A stretch of DNA of 64,000 nt from Candidatus Micrarchaeota archaeon (GCA_018819225.1 JAHJQN010000008.1:32001-96000), one strand, 5' to 3'. Positions 1-10,298 are shown, numbered from the stretch's first letter. Notes: generated by a model not told the origin, from the sequence alone. Translations and numbers: made by a program.

Positions 1-68
1 GAAATGACCTTCATGCCAACCAAACTAGTAAAAAACAGATAATATAAACTTTTTGTTGATCAAGAGAC

Positions 69-620
69 TTATAACGCTTTGAGCAAGTCTGACTTCGTCA
101 CGATGCCGTACGGCTTGTCTTTCCTTAAAACGAGGACCGCTTGGGCGTCATGCAATAACGATGCCACCGCCGAAATGGGAGTCGACTCCGAAACCGACGG
201 AAACGGGTCATCCAACACCTCCGACACCACCATATGCTTCGAATCCAAGTTCCCACGCTCAAACGATTCCACGACTACGCGCTCGGAAAGGCTGCCCACG
301 ATCCGACCGAAAGCATCTTCCACCGGAAGCTGGGAAAACCCGTTGCGACGCATCTTCGAAACAGCCCGCGAAAGCAGATCCGTCGACTTCACCGAAATAA
401 TCGGGGAGTGCATCACGTCCCGCGCCTTCTTCTCCGCATGACGCTGCAAGTGATCCAACGTATCCATCACCTGCTTCGCCTTCGAATACGCCGGATCCAC
501 CCGACCCGCCTCAACCTTGGCCACCAACGACTGCGATACGCGAGACAAACGCGCCAACTCCGACTGCGTCAAACCCAAGCGGCGACGGATACGAAGAATG
601 GAAGAAAGTTCCGGCAGCAT
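69..620 (-). CDS. XRE-family HTH transcriptional regulator with tandem CBS domains
   Basis: N-terminal HTH (RRRLGLTQSELARLSRVSQSLVAKVEAG) followed by two CBS repeats (GFSQLPV, GIVTKSDLL). Confidence 0.9.
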   Translation of the reverse strand: MLPELSSILRIRRRLGLTQSELARLSRVSQSLVAKVEAGRVDPAYSKAKQVMDTLDHLQRHAEKKARDVMHSPIISVKSTDLLSRAVSKMRRNGFSQLPVEDAFGRIVGSLSERVVVESFERGNLDSKHMVVSEVLDDPFPSVSESTPISAVASLLHDAQAVLVLRKDKPYGIVTKSDLLKAL

Positions 621-742
621 ACCAATCCAAAGCCAACCGCCCTATAAAAATATTCCGAATGGAATAAATTAAGCATAAAATATTAATAACGCAAGGGTTC
701 AGATAGGGGTATACGGGACAATAGCTCATTGAGGGATACCGA

Positions 743-1933
743 ATGGATCGAAACATTAACGTAGAAAAAACACTGCACAAAGCCGTATACGGGGATACGG
801 AAATCGTCGAACGAAAAGGAATCGGGCACCCCGACAGCCTCTGCGATGGAATCGCCGAGCAAATATCCGTCGCGTTGTGCAAACACTACCAAAAAGAAAC
901 GGGAACCATATTGCATCACAATACGGATAAAGTGCTACTCAACGCGGGACAAGCGGAGGTACGATTCGGATACGGAAAAATCACGAAACCCATTCACATC
1001 GTACTCAGCGGGAATGCCACGTTTAAAACAGACCAGCACGAAATCGATGTCCCCCACGTGGCGACGAAGACCACGAAAGAATACCTCAATAACGTTTTAC
1101 GGTACTTGGACGTAAAAAACGACGTGGAAATCGACTGTCGGATTGCCAGTGGAAGCGTCGACCTCGCCGAAATATATAAAAGAAAGGGCAAGAAAAGCAG
1201 CAACGATACGAGCTTCGGATGCGGATACGCGCCGCTATCACCCCTCGAACAAAAAGTGTTGAGCATCGAAAGGCATTTGAACTCTAAAGAATTCAAGCAA
1301 CGCGTTCCCGCAAGCGGGGAAGACGTGAAGGTCATGGGCCTGCGAAAAAATAACCGATTGCGCGTCACCATCGCCGCAGCCGTCGTCGGAAGCCAAGTCG
1401 CCCATCTGGAAGCCTATCAGGACGTGATGGCAAGAGTCAAAGAAGAAGCTCATAAAATCGCCGGGGACGGAGATACCGAAATTGTGGTGAACACGGGCGA
1501 CGACTACGAAAAACAGTCCGTGTTCATTACCGCGACCGGTACCTCGGCAGAACACGGAGACCCCGGAGAAGTCGGCAGAGGCAATCGAGTCAATGGGCTC
1601 ATCACCCCGTTCAAACCCATGAGCCTGGAAGCCGCTGCCGGAAAAAATCCGGTGACGCATATCGGAAAAATCTACAATATTGCAAGCATGTTGCTCGCAA
1701 ACCAAATCGTGAAAGAAAATACGGAAGTCGAGTTCTGTGAAGTGTATTTGCTATCACAGATCGGAAGCCCCGTGGACCAACCCAAAGCAGCCGACGTGCA
1801 AATCCGCACGAAGCTCGAAGGCGCCGAATATGACACGCTGAAGAAACGCATCGGAGACCTCGTAGACCATCATCTCGAAACCATCGAAGAGACCACGACG
1901 CTCATCATCAATCAAAAGGTCAGCGTGTTCTAG
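743..1933 (+). CDS. mat: Archaeal-type S-adenosylmethionine synthetase
   Basis: Motifs EIVERKGIGHPDSLCD, HHNTDK, SNDTSFG, GEDVKVMG, GRGNRVNGLITP, AGKNPVTHIGKIYN. Confidence 0.95.
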   Translation: MDRNINVEKTLHKAVYGDTEIVERKGIGHPDSLCDGIAEQISVALCKHYQKETGTILHHNTDKVLLNAGQAEVRFGYGKITKPIHIVLSGNATFKTDQHEIDVPHVATKTTKEYLNNVLRYLDVKNDVEIDCRIASGSVDLAEIYKRKGKKSSNDTSFGCGYAPLSPLEQKVLSIERHLNSKEFKQRVPASGEDVKVMGLRKNNRLRVTIAAAVVGSQVAHLEAYQDVMARVKEEAHKIAGDGDTEIVVNTGDDYEKQSVFITATGTSAEHGDPGEVGRGNRVNGLITPFKPMSLEAAAGKNPVTHIGKIYNIASMLLANQIVKENTEVEFCEVYLLSQIGSPVDQPKAADVQIRTKLEGAEYDTLKKRIGDLVDHHLETIEETTTLIINQKVSVF

Positions 1934-1976
1934 ACCGGGCACCAACGCTTTTAAAAGAACCGCGCCTAATTCGCGA

Positions 1977-2435
1977 ATGGTTATTGAACAAATCGTTGCC
2001 CCATACGTTTGGCACATCAACTTGTTCATTGCCACCCTACTATCCGCAAGCATCGTCCCCCTGCCGTCCGAACCCGCCATCATCCTGACCATGAAATTCC
2101 TGGATCCCATCACCGTATTCATCATCGCCATGCTGGGCTCCACGCTCGGAAGCATCACGAACTACTACATCGGAGCCAAAGGCATCCGGAACATGATCAT
2201 CACGAGGCACGATGGTTACGAGAAACGAGCGCACGAACTCGTCGACCAATACGGGTTCACCATGCTCCTGATCTTCCCTTGGATTCCATTCGTCGGGGAC
2301 CCCATCCTCATCGTCGCCGGCGTACTGCGAATGAACTTCGAGCGATTCATGACCTGGATCATCATTGCGAGAGCCATTAAAATCATTGCCATCATCATGG
2401 TCGGCCCACCCATACTCGACTTTCTCGGCATCTGA
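1977..2435 (+). CDS. YqaA/DedA (VTT domain) membrane protein
   Basis: LSASIVPLPSE, GSTLGSITNYYIG and WIPFVGDPI motifs. Confidence 0.85.
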   Translation: MVIEQIVAPYVWHINLFIATLLSASIVPLPSEPAIILTMKFLDPITVFIIAMLGSTLGSITNYYIGAKGIRNMIITRHDGYEKRAHELVDQYGFTMLLIFPWIPFVGDPILIVAGVLRMNFERFMTWIIIARAIKIIAIIMVGPPILDFLGI

Positions 2436-2437
2436 CG

Positions 2438-3487
2438 CTATTCAAGAATACCGGTGCCGCGCTTCCGTGCGACATAAATATCCGCGTCCAGCATTTCCCC
2501 TTCTTTGAAAAAGTGATGCACAAAGTAAATATTGCCTTGCGCATCCAACGAAGGTTCTGCAGCAAACTGGGAAAGAATGAGCTCCGGATCCGACCACGAA
2601 CCGTTCACAAAAAGAGAGCGGTAAATAGAGGGCGCTCCCAAACGACGACGCGTAAACCACAATTCCTTTCCATCCTCGGAAAGAAAAGGCCAGCCCTCCA
2701 CTTCCACCGTATTCAAAGCAGTCAATTCCTCGGGCTCCTGCCACACCCCATTCAACAAACGGGACGAGTACAAATCATAACCGCCCTTACCACGGTTTCG
2801 AGGCGAATGGAAATACAACGTCTGGCCATCCGAAGAAAGATGCATTTCCCCAAGCTCGAAATGCTCGTTCAAACGCGGTCCGACATTCTCCCAAAGACCC
2901 CATTCTCCTTCAATGAATCGAGCCGTATACATGTCGACCTCGCGGTAGTTCCCAATACGCGCAGAACAAAACCACATCGTGTCCCCGTGAACGTAAGGAC
3001 AGCCATCCAACGACGCGTTATCCGGAAAATGCAAGAAAATACGCTGGGGGTCCTGCCATTCTCCTCCAGCATTGCGAGAAACATAGATGCCGGTCGCACC
3101 ATCCGTTAACTGTTGATGAGGAGGAACTGCGGGATCCGGAGTAAACCAAAAGTATAAAGTCTGGCCATCCGAAGTCACGAAAGCAGAATCTTCTGCTCCC
3201 GCCGTATTGATCACTGAAGAGAGAGGCTCGGGAGGCAGCCAACCCCCCGAATGAAGCAACGGAGGGTATTCATCGGTATCCGGAGACATCTTAATCGCGG
3301 AAGAAGGAATGGATTTCAGGCGCGGCACCACAAAATGCGAGGGAATAGGCGCGGGAGTCGGCGTGGGATCAATGAAAGGACGCGAAGGCGTAGGAGTCGA
3401 AGCGTACATGTTCCGTGCTTCCTCGAGCTGCGTGCAACCCGAAAGTAAAAGGGACGCAATGACCAACAAGCCAACCAAAAGACGCAT
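2438..3487 (-). CDS. Lipoprotein with PD40/TolB-like beta-propeller repeats
   Basis: Lipobox LLLSGC, Pro/Thr linker, repeated (S/T)SDGQTLYF and LSEDGKELWF units, GKGGYDLY. Confidence 0.8.
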   Translation of the reverse strand: MRLLVGLLVIASLLLSGCTQLEEARNMYASTPTPSRPFIDPTPTPAPIPSHFVVPRLKSIPSSAIKMSPDTDEYPPLLHSGGWLPPEPLSSVINTAGAEDSAFVTSDGQTLYFWFTPDPAVPPHQQLTDGATGIYVSRNAGGEWQDPQRIFLHFPDNASLDGCPYVHGDTMWFCSARIGNYREVDMYTARFIEGEWGLWENVGPRLNEHFELGEMHLSSDGQTLYFHSPRNRGKGGYDLYSSRLLNGVWQEPEELTALNTVEVEGWPFLSEDGKELWFTRRRLGAPSIYRSLFVNGSWSDPELILSQFAAEPSLDAQGNIYFVHHFFKEGEMLDADIYVARKRGTGILE

Positions 3488-3515
3488 AAGAAAAAAAATA
3501 ACTCATCAAATAATA

Positions 3516-3533
3516 AGCCTCCGGCGGGACTCG
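3516..3533 (-). repeat. Left copy of a tRNA-3'-end-like direct repeat (att-like)
   Basis: agcctccggcggga(c)tcg; matches 5412-5429 at 17/18; reverse complement resembles T-arm plus acceptor 3' strand ...CGAGTCCCGCCGGAGGCT. Confidence 0.6.
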
Positions 3534-3598
3534 GCCAAAAGGTGCAAAGCCCTCAGGTCACAATAGATAGTAACTAACATACGCATTGAAAGATTTTT

Positions 3599-5317
3599 CT
3601 AATTGAATTCCACATTACGGTTTTTGATTAATACTCTATTTACTTTGTACAAACGCCATTGGGATCCTATATCTTTGATAGGTTCAAGATTTACATGATA
3701 TGATTCGGGATTCTTGTACTGGAAATATACTTCCGCATGTTCTTCGAACGTATTACTTTTTCCAAGGTAATATTTTCCACAGCTAAAATCGTTCTCAAAA
3801 TGATACCCGTTGTACGGATTAACGATTCGACCACCTTCCTTGAGCATTTCGTGAGTTAACAATCCATCTATATAAACTTCTTTCGAAAGAAATATCCAAT
3901 CGTTATGGGTTTCTGCAATAACCTTATTTGCTATTTGATTCTTCTCCTCCGAATATGCAGGAATTTCTTGGGGAAAACTATTCATCATTATCGTAAATAT
4001 AAGCAAGCTGCCAAATAGGGATATCCCCGCAATAAATTTTGTTTTATTTAGGGAATTTGAAGTGAAAAATAAGTATATTGAGGTAACTACTACTGTAACG
4101 GCGAGAAATACGGTGCCTATTGATGGAAAAAGCTGGAGGCTGAAAATAAACATTACTGCAGCAAATTCAATTACCGCAAATGCGAATATGAACGAAATCG
4201 CGAAATCATGTTCTTTCTTTTTTATTAATGAATCCAGTCCACTAACCGCAAGTAAAATAAGGAATAGGTTCAACATGATGATTGCTCTCTCCATATCTGG
4301 GAAAAATCCCGTTAAACCAAAAGTCAGAATGATATCGTTTAGAATGTTTCCATATTCTTGAGAGTAAATGAGGAAAAAGAACATAGACAATACTGCCCAA
4401 TGCCATCTTAATGCGGTTACTCCAACAACTGCTAACGCCAAGATAATAAGACCTAAAGAAATGTATTCGGGACTTAATGGTCCGGGAACGTGGTGAACAA
4501 CTAATTCATATGGGTTGATTGTGCGTTCAACGACTTCAAGTACGGGTACTGCTCCCCTATGAACATTATTTCTAATCATTTCAATTTGATATATAAAAAT
4601 AGAGGCAATTTTCCATCCAATAATAATTAAAAATGAAATACTCAGCCCAATTATAGCTTTTAGATTTAGTGTTTTTCTTTTTCTAAAGTAAGAAAATCCC
4701 ATAATTATGAATGCGACAAATATACCCCAATAAATTGCGTACCAAGCTCCTGCAAGTCCTATAAGTCCTAATATCGTACCCGCTTTTATTCCCTCTTTCC
4801 AACTATTTTTTTCAATGCTTCTTGATAAAAAGTGCAGGAATAAGGGTAGCAATGCATACGCTGCAAACATGTCCATTGGCCCCCAACTAAGGAGCCATAA
4901 CGCGATGCCTGAACTTGAGTAAGTCAAAGATCCAAACAATCGAATATATTTATCTGAACTGAACGTTTTACTTAAAATCCAGAAAGATATCGCGGATAAG
5001 GCGACGTGAAACAATATGAATAATCGGTACGCGATTGATTCTGAAAATAGATTAAATATAATGAAAATAGGCGGATACCATATGCCAGATAGTGGTGAAA
5101 TGTATTCGGGATAGTTTCCGCAGTATATTTGATCATTATATATTGGCAGTTCACCCTGTCTTAGTTGTTGGATGTCGTGCTGTATCCAATTTAGGTAGGG
5201 ATATAGGTCGCCTCCTCCGAATGGAAGTGTATTCCAATCTGTAAGGAGGATTCCTGAATATGCGATGGTAAGAAATAGAAAAGTGAATATTATTAGTAAA
5301 TACGTTTTCTTATTCAA
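3599..5317 (-). CDS. Polytopic membrane protein, YfhO/GT-C glycosyltransferase-like; AT-rich
   Basis: Many TM segments, N-terminal GGGDLY...GELPIYNDQIYCG...WYPP pattern; visibly more AT-rich than flanks; TTG start. Confidence 0.65.
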   Translation of the reverse strand: MNKKTYLLIIFTFLFLTIAYSGILLTDWNTLPFGGGDLYPYLNWIQHDIQQLRQGELPIYNDQIYCGNYPEYISPLSGIWYPPIFIIFNLFSESIAYRLFILFHVALSAISFWILSKTFSSDKYIRLFGSLTYSSSGIALWLLSWGPMDMFAAYALLPLFLHFLSRSIEKNSWKEGIKAGTILGLIGLAGAWYAIYWGIFVAFIIMGFSYFRKRKTLNLKAIIGLSISFLIIIGWKIASIFIYQIEMIRNNVHRGAVPVLEVVERTINPYELVVHHVPGPLSPEYISLGLIILALAVVGVTALRWHWAVLSMFFFLIYSQEYGNILNDIILTFGLTGFFPDMERAIIMLNLFLILLAVSGLDSLIKKKEHDFAISFIFAFAVIEFAAVMFIFSLQLFPSIGTVFLAVTVVVTSIYLFFTSNSLNKTKFIAGISLFGSLLIFTIMMNSFPQEIPAYSEEKNQIANKVIAETHNDWIFLSKEVYIDGLLTHEMLKEGGRIVNPYNGYHFENDFSCGKYYLGKSNTFEEHAEVYFQYKNPESYHVNLEPIKDIGSQWRLYKVNRVLIKNRNVEFN

Positions 5318-5411
5318 TGCCTTTCCCTTACGTTCTTTAATTTTAACTATTTCGTATATGGATCAGGTTGGAATATTATAAAAAGGGATTCTTATCCTGG
5401 AAAATTAAAGG

Positions 5412-5469
5412 AGCCTCCGGCGGGAATCGTACCTTAGCATAACCGCACGATATAACAAGCAACCGGAGG
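5412..5469 (-). repeat. Right copy of the tRNA-3'-like repeat, inside a degenerate tRNA-like remnant
   Basis: agcctccggcggga(a)tcg at 5412-5429; ccggagg at 5463-5469 can close an acceptor-like stem; no recognisable anticodon arm. Confidence 0.5.
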
Positions 5470-5569
5470 ATACTCTAAAAGGGAAAAAGAATAAGGAAAA
5501 GAGTAATGGTGATAATAAAAAGACGGAGGGAAAAATAAGAAAAGAAGAAAAAAAAGAAAAAAAGAGAGC

Positions 5570-6649
5570 TCAGAAGCGCATGCGCTCGAGCTCCATGGCG
5601 GTTTCTCGCTTGGCCGACTTTTGCGGTTTCGTGCGACCCATCACGTGCGGAGACGATACGCCCGTGACCACAGCCGTCACCACCATTCGATCGCCCAACT
5701 CCGGATTAATGCGCGCGCCCCATTTCACGTACGCATTATTGTCGAACGCTTCCGTAATCCCTTCGCCGACCTTCACCGCCTCCCCGAGAGACAGTTGAGG
5801 CCCTCCGTGAATCAAGATTAACGCGCCCTTCGCGCCCGTATAATCCACTTCCAACAAGGGATGCTCCAACGTGCTCTTCACGGCTTGCTCCACGCGATTC
5901 GAGCCCGACGCTTCACCAATTGAAATCACGGAACTACCCGCATTACCCATAATCATGCGCAAGTCCGCGAAATCGATGTTCATCAACGAAGGCAGCATCA
6001 CCGTATCCGAAATGCCTTTGACCGCACGCGCCACTAATTGATCTGCAACGGCAAACGCCTGGTTCATCGGAAGATTCGGGACATAGCTAACCAATCGGTT
6101 ATTATCAATCAAAACCATGGAATCGCACTTCTCACGCAACGCCTCCATGCCCCAATCCGCCTTATCCAAACGCGCTCGCTCCAACGCGAACGGATACGTC
6201 ACCATAGCAACGGTAATGGCCCCCTGCTCCTTCGCAATCTCGGCAACCACTGGTGCAGCACCAGTACCCGTTCCACCACCCATACCCGCGGTAATGAAAA
6301 CGAGTTCCGCCTCACCAATAACTTCCTTCAGCTTCTCACGCGATTGCTCGGCCGCCTTCAGTCCCACTTCAGGAAATCCGCCTGCGCCTAAACCGCGCGT
6401 CATCGCCGCGCCCATCAACAACTTTCGATCGGCTTCGCAAAGCATCAAATGCTTCTTATCCGTATTCAACGCAATCGTTTCCGCGCTCTTAATGCCCATT
6501 TTCTTAAGCCGCGTGACACAATTCGTGCCTGCTCCTCCTACTCCAATGACTTTCACACGAATATCGCTTGGAGTCCAGTTCTTTGCAGCCTCTTCGGGAG
6601 TCTGCTGTCCGGCGCTGTGCTTAAGCGCGTCTGCAATCAAGGTGTCCAT
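5570..6649 (-). CDS. ftsZ: Cell division protein FtsZ (FtsZ2-like), downstream copy
   Basis: GVGGAG, tubulin signature GMGGGTGTG, DNNRLVSYVPNLP, T7 loop NIDFAD. Confidence 0.95.
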   Translation of the reverse strand: MDTLIADALKHSAGQQTPEEAAKNWTPSDIRVKVIGVGGAGTNCVTRLKKMGIKSAETIALNTDKKHLMLCEADRKLLMGAAMTRGLGAGGFPEVGLKAAEQSREKLKEVIGEAELVFITAGMGGGTGTGAAPVVAEIAKEQGAITVAMVTYPFALERARLDKADWGMEALREKCDSMVLIDNNRLVSYVPNLPMNQAFAVADQLVARAVKGISDTVMLPSLMNIDFADLRMIMGNAGSSVISIGEASGSNRVEQAVKSTLEHPLLEVDYTGAKGALILIHGGPQLSLGEAVKVGEGITEAFDNNAYVKWGARINPELGDRMVVTAVVTGVSSPHVMGRTKPQKSAKRETAMELERMRF

Positions 6650-6773
6650 ATCGTCTCATCTCGGGGGGGGTTTACACTCGAGGGGACCTAGAAAAAACAA
6701 CTGCTGCCTTAAGGCTGCTCTTGCCATTCACGATCCTCTGCGGGGTGGGTGGTTATTACGACGAAAGCGAGCT

Positions 6774-7838
6774 TCAGCCAATAATCTCGATATCGTAGCC
6801 CTTCTCTTTTACAGGCTCTTTATCGAAATGATGGACTTTCCCCACGATTTGAGGTGAAGTCACTCCCGTAATAATCGCAACAATTTCCAGGCGGCCGGCG
6901 TAGTCCTCCACTAGTCGCGCGCCCCACTTGACGCTTGCCCGCGGGTCCATTTGCTCCGTCAGCATCTCGCCCGCGCGAATCGCTTCTCCCAACGTGAGAT
7001 CGCCACCGCCCGCGATGTGGATTAACGCGCCCTTCGCGCCCACAAAATCAACATCCAGCAAACGGTTCTTCAATACTCCGTTAACGGCTTCATCCACCTT
7101 GTTCGCGCCCTTACCACTTCCAACAGCAATCATTCCAACGTCTCCCTGGCCCATGATCGCTCGAACGTCCGCAAAGTCAATGTTCACCAAAGAAGGCTGC
7201 GTTATCGTGAACACGAGTCCTCCGATCGCCTTCGCCAGAATTTCATCCGCGACCAAAAACGCTTGGTTCATCGGAAGATTCGGCACGATTTGAACCAGGC
7301 GGTTGTTATCCAAAATAATGACCGAATCAGAAACGTTCCTCAAGTTCTCGATTCCGGTATCCGCTTTCTTTACGCGAGCGCGTTCCAACGCAAACGGATA
7401 GGAGACCATGGATACGACGATGGCACCCATGCCCTTAGCAATTTCAGCAAAAACCGGGGCCGCACCGGTTCCCGTGCCGCCACCCATTCCAGCGCAAATG
7501 AAAACCAAATGAGCGCCCTCCAACTTCTTTTCAATGGCCGCACGATCCACTTCCGCGCACTTCGCACCCACTTCCGGATAGCCTCCGGCACCCAATCCTT
7601 TCGTGACCGATTTGCCAATCAACATTTTAGAAATGCCTTCCTCCATAATGTTCAAGTGCTGACGGTCCGTGTTAGCCGCAACCAACTCCGCGCCTTGAAC
7701 GCCCAAGCGCTTCAAGCGGTTCACCGTATTGTTCCCGCTTCCCCCGATTCCAATGACGGCAATTTTAATGCCATCGAAGTCATTCGAAGTCTGCTGCGTG
7801 CTTCTGGTTTGCAGAGCCGATTTGATGATGCTCTCCAT
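6774..7838 (-). CDS. ftsZ: Cell division protein FtsZ (FtsZ2-like), upstream copy; start reassigned to ATG 7838 (MESIIKS)
   Basis: GIGGSG, GMGGGTGTG, DNNRLVQIVPNLP, NIDFAD; GGAGG SD upstream of 7838. Confidence 0.95.
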   Translation of the reverse strand: MESIIKSALQTRSTQQTSNDFDGIKIAVIGIGGSGNNTVNRLKRLGVQGAELVAANTDRQHLNIMEEGISKMLIGKSVTKGLGAGGYPEVGAKCAEVDRAAIEKKLEGAHLVFICAGMGGGTGTGAAPVFAEIAKGMGAIVVSMVSYPFALERARVKKADTGIENLRNVSDSVIILDNNRLVQIVPNLPMNQAFLVADEILAKAIGGLVFTITQPSLVNIDFADVRAIMGQGDVGMIAVGSGKGANKVDEAVNGVLKNRLLDVDFVGAKGALIHIAGGGDLTLGEAIRAGEMLTEQMDPRASVKWGARLVEDYAGRLEIVAIITGVTSPQIVGKVHHFDKEPVKEKGYDIEIIG

Positions 7839-7898
7839 GTGATTTCGCCTCCGGTTGGTGGTTCTAATCAAGCGTATGTTTAACAAAACAGCCTCAGC

Positions 7899-7913
7899 TA
7901 TATAAATTTTTCG
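7899..7913 (-). promoter_or_regulatory. BRE + TATA promoter for the ftsZ pair
   Basis: Minus strand CGAAAAATTTATATA about 60 nt upstream of the ATG. Confidence 0.6.
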
Positions 7914-8032
7914 GCGATTTCAGCCAGAAACGGGCTGGAAAACCCCTAATCCGAACCGCAGCACCCTGAAAATCGCTCCAGCGCACAGAAAAAGGTCCCG
8001 AATGGGGTAAAAGAAGGCCGCTCAATGCTCCA

Positions 8033-9280
8033 TCAATTCTGCTTTACGATGCGGGGTTTCGCCTTGGACCCCCCATTTTTCGGCGCCGCATGCGAATCCT
8101 CGGCCTCATTCGAGCGCGCCGCGAAAATACCCGCCGTTGCAATCACGTTCGTTATCAAAATGATCAGCAACGCCGATTGCGCAAAATGCTGGATGTCCAA
8201 ACCGAATGTCAACGGATACGACGCAAGAACCGCCGCGGCGAGACCGCGCGGCATCATCGTCGTCAGCAACACCTTATGATCCTGCAGCTGCGGATTCATG
8301 CGCGAAATAATTTCCACTCCGATATAACGAGCGACAATAATTCCGACCAACGAAACCACGGCAATCAAAATCACGGCCGTATCGAGGGAAAACAAGTTGA
8401 AGAGCGTTCCCAAATACACGAAGAAAAAAGTGCGGACAAAAAACGTGATCTCCAACTGAAACTCGCGAAACGTTTTATCAATATGGAAATTCGCGTCCAT
8501 CTGCATGCGCTTCGCGACGGCTTGCGCATTCCCGATCACCAAGCCGAAAACCAGTACCGCAATGGCTCCGCTCGCCTGGACGGCTTCCACTAACGAATAC
8601 AAGAGGAACACGATCGCAAGAGAAAGCAAATACCCGTACGGCTTCTGGTAAAAATTGCGTAGAATGCCGACCCAAATCATGCCGACAATCAAGCCCACCA
8701 TCGCCGCAATCGAAAACGCGCCCAACAACGCATTACCAGCCGAAGAAAGATTGACCGCACTATTCACAATCAAACCCACCAACGTCACGGACACCACGAT
8801 ACAGAGCGCATCCGTCAAAGCCGATTCTAACGTCAGCAATGTTTTGACGCTCTCCGAAGTTTTAACGCGCGAAATCACCGTCAGCACGATCGATGACGAG
8901 GTACCGCCGATGACGGCTCCGAACAAGAGCCCGTAAGAAAACGGCCAGCCAAACGCAACCGTCATGGCAATTCCGACGGTAAAAATCGTGAAAATGAATG
9001 CGATGAAGGTGAACAAGGTCGCGTCCGACAACTCATTCAGTACCCTAAAGAAATTCAGATTGATGCCGCCATCGAATAACAGAATGATGAGCGCAATGGT
9101 TCCCACAAACGGTACGGCAGAAGAAAAGAGCGCGAGATCCACGAGATTCAAACCCGGGCCGATCACGATCCCGATGAACATGAGAATGAGCACGTCCGAA
9201 ATACCCGTGCGTTCAAACAAAATCGACGCAAAGAACCCGACGAGTATGATGACGCCTATCAGCATGAACTGTTCCAGCAT
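8033..9280 (-). CDS. Cation:proton antiporter (NhaP/CPA1-type)
   Basis: About 12-13 TM; LLFDGG, GGTSS, LESALTD, MPRGLAAAVLA motifs. Confidence 0.9.
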   Translation of the reverse strand: MLEQFMLIGVIILVGFFASILFERTGISDVLILMFIGIVIGPGLNLVDLALFSSAVPFVGTIALIILLFDGGINLNFFRVLNELSDATLFTFIAFIFTIFTVGIAMTVAFGWPFSYGLLFGAVIGGTSSSIVLTVISRVKTSESVKTLLTLESALTDALCIVVSVTLVGLIVNSAVNLSSAGNALLGAFSIAAMVGLIVGMIWVGILRNFYQKPYGYLLSLAIVFLLYSLVEAVQASGAIAVLVFGLVIGNAQAVAKRMQMDANFHIDKTFREFQLEITFFVRTFFFVYLGTLFNLFSLDTAVILIAVVSLVGIIVARYIGVEIISRMNPQLQDHKVLLTTMMPRGLAAAVLASYPLTFGLDIQHFAQSALLIILITNVIATAGIFAARSNEAEDSHAAPKNGGSKAKPRIVKQN

Positions 9281-9344
9281 AACGATCCCTTCGATCTCGA
9301 AACATTAAACCTGCAAACATTTAAAGCCTTTAGAAACGGGGGGT

Positions 9345-10298
9345 TTATCCGAACGGCATCCCGAACAAAGACGGGAACTCCAAGAACGTTTCCACGAGCA
9401 AGAATAGGCCGTATGCCACCAACAACATGAGCGCATGTTTCCGCTGAATCGTGACGTGACGACGCACGAAATACAACAGCAACGCGTTTATGGCGAACGC
9501 AAACACGATCAAACTGAAAAACGGGGTCAACTGAACCGCCAACGGATTAATGAGTGCCGCCAAACCCAATATCAACGTGAGATTCGTGAGCGCGCTCCCC
9601 AAAATGTTGCCGAGCGCCAAGGAAGAATGATGCGTGCGAATCGCCTGCAGGTTTACCGCCAGCTCAGGAACCGTCGTTCCCCACGCAATCACGGTGGCCC
9701 CAATAACCGATTTCGAAATGCTTAACATTCCCGCCAATAACACCGCCGAACGCACGACGAACTGCGCCGAAACCACTACGATCGCCAAACCCAACGAAAA
9801 CAAGAACGCGCTAAACACCGCGGAACGCGCGTCCACATGATGGCGGGAACTGGACGGCGAGCGTTTCTGCAGCGTCATGTAAGCGTACAGCAAGAAAATG
9901 CCGATTAAAATCAATCCGTAAAACGCGCTCAAGAAACCCGTCAACATAAACAAGGGGAGCAACGAGATAATGATCAGTAAAATGATGATGTCATTGACGT
10001 CCTGACGTCGAATCGTCACGGTTCCAACCAGCGCAGTTATACCAAGAACTAAAGCGACATCTGCAATGTTCGCGCCCAACACATTACCGACCGTAATGGC
10101 GACTTCGTCACTGAACGCGGAGGTTAACGCAATGGAAAGTTCCGGCAACGAAGTCGCAACCGAAAGCAAGAGAAATCCAACCGCGATTTCGGATAAATGA
10201 AAGAACGCGGCTAAACGTAAAGCGCTTTGAATCATCCACTCCGCCGCTTTCGCGAGCACGAGAACACTCAGAATCAGAATGAGCAACTGGTCAATCAT
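9345..10298 (-). CDS. Sodium:calcium antiporter (CaCA family)
   Basis: Two alpha repeats ATSLPE...GNVLGAN and GTTVPE...GNILGS. Confidence 0.9.
   Translation of the reverse strand: MIDQLLILILSVLVLAKAAEWMIQSALRLAAFFHLSEIAVGFLLLSVATSLPELSIALTSAFSDEVAITVGNVLGANIADVALVLGITALVGTVTIRRQDVNDIIILLIIISLLPLFMLTGFLSAFYGLILIGIFLLYAYMTLQKRSPSSSRHHVDARSAVFSAFLFSLGLAIVVVSAQFVVRSAVLLAGMLSISKSVIGATVIAWGTTVPELAVNLQAIRTHHSSLALGNILGSALTNLTLILGLAALINPLAVQLTPFFSLIVFAFAINALLLYFVRRHVTIQRKHALMLLVAYGLFLLVETFLEFPSLFGMPFG

Noticed and set aside
5412-5469. Functional tRNA-Thr
   Set aside because: Too short, no D or anticodon arm and a mutated T-loop; kept only as a remnant.
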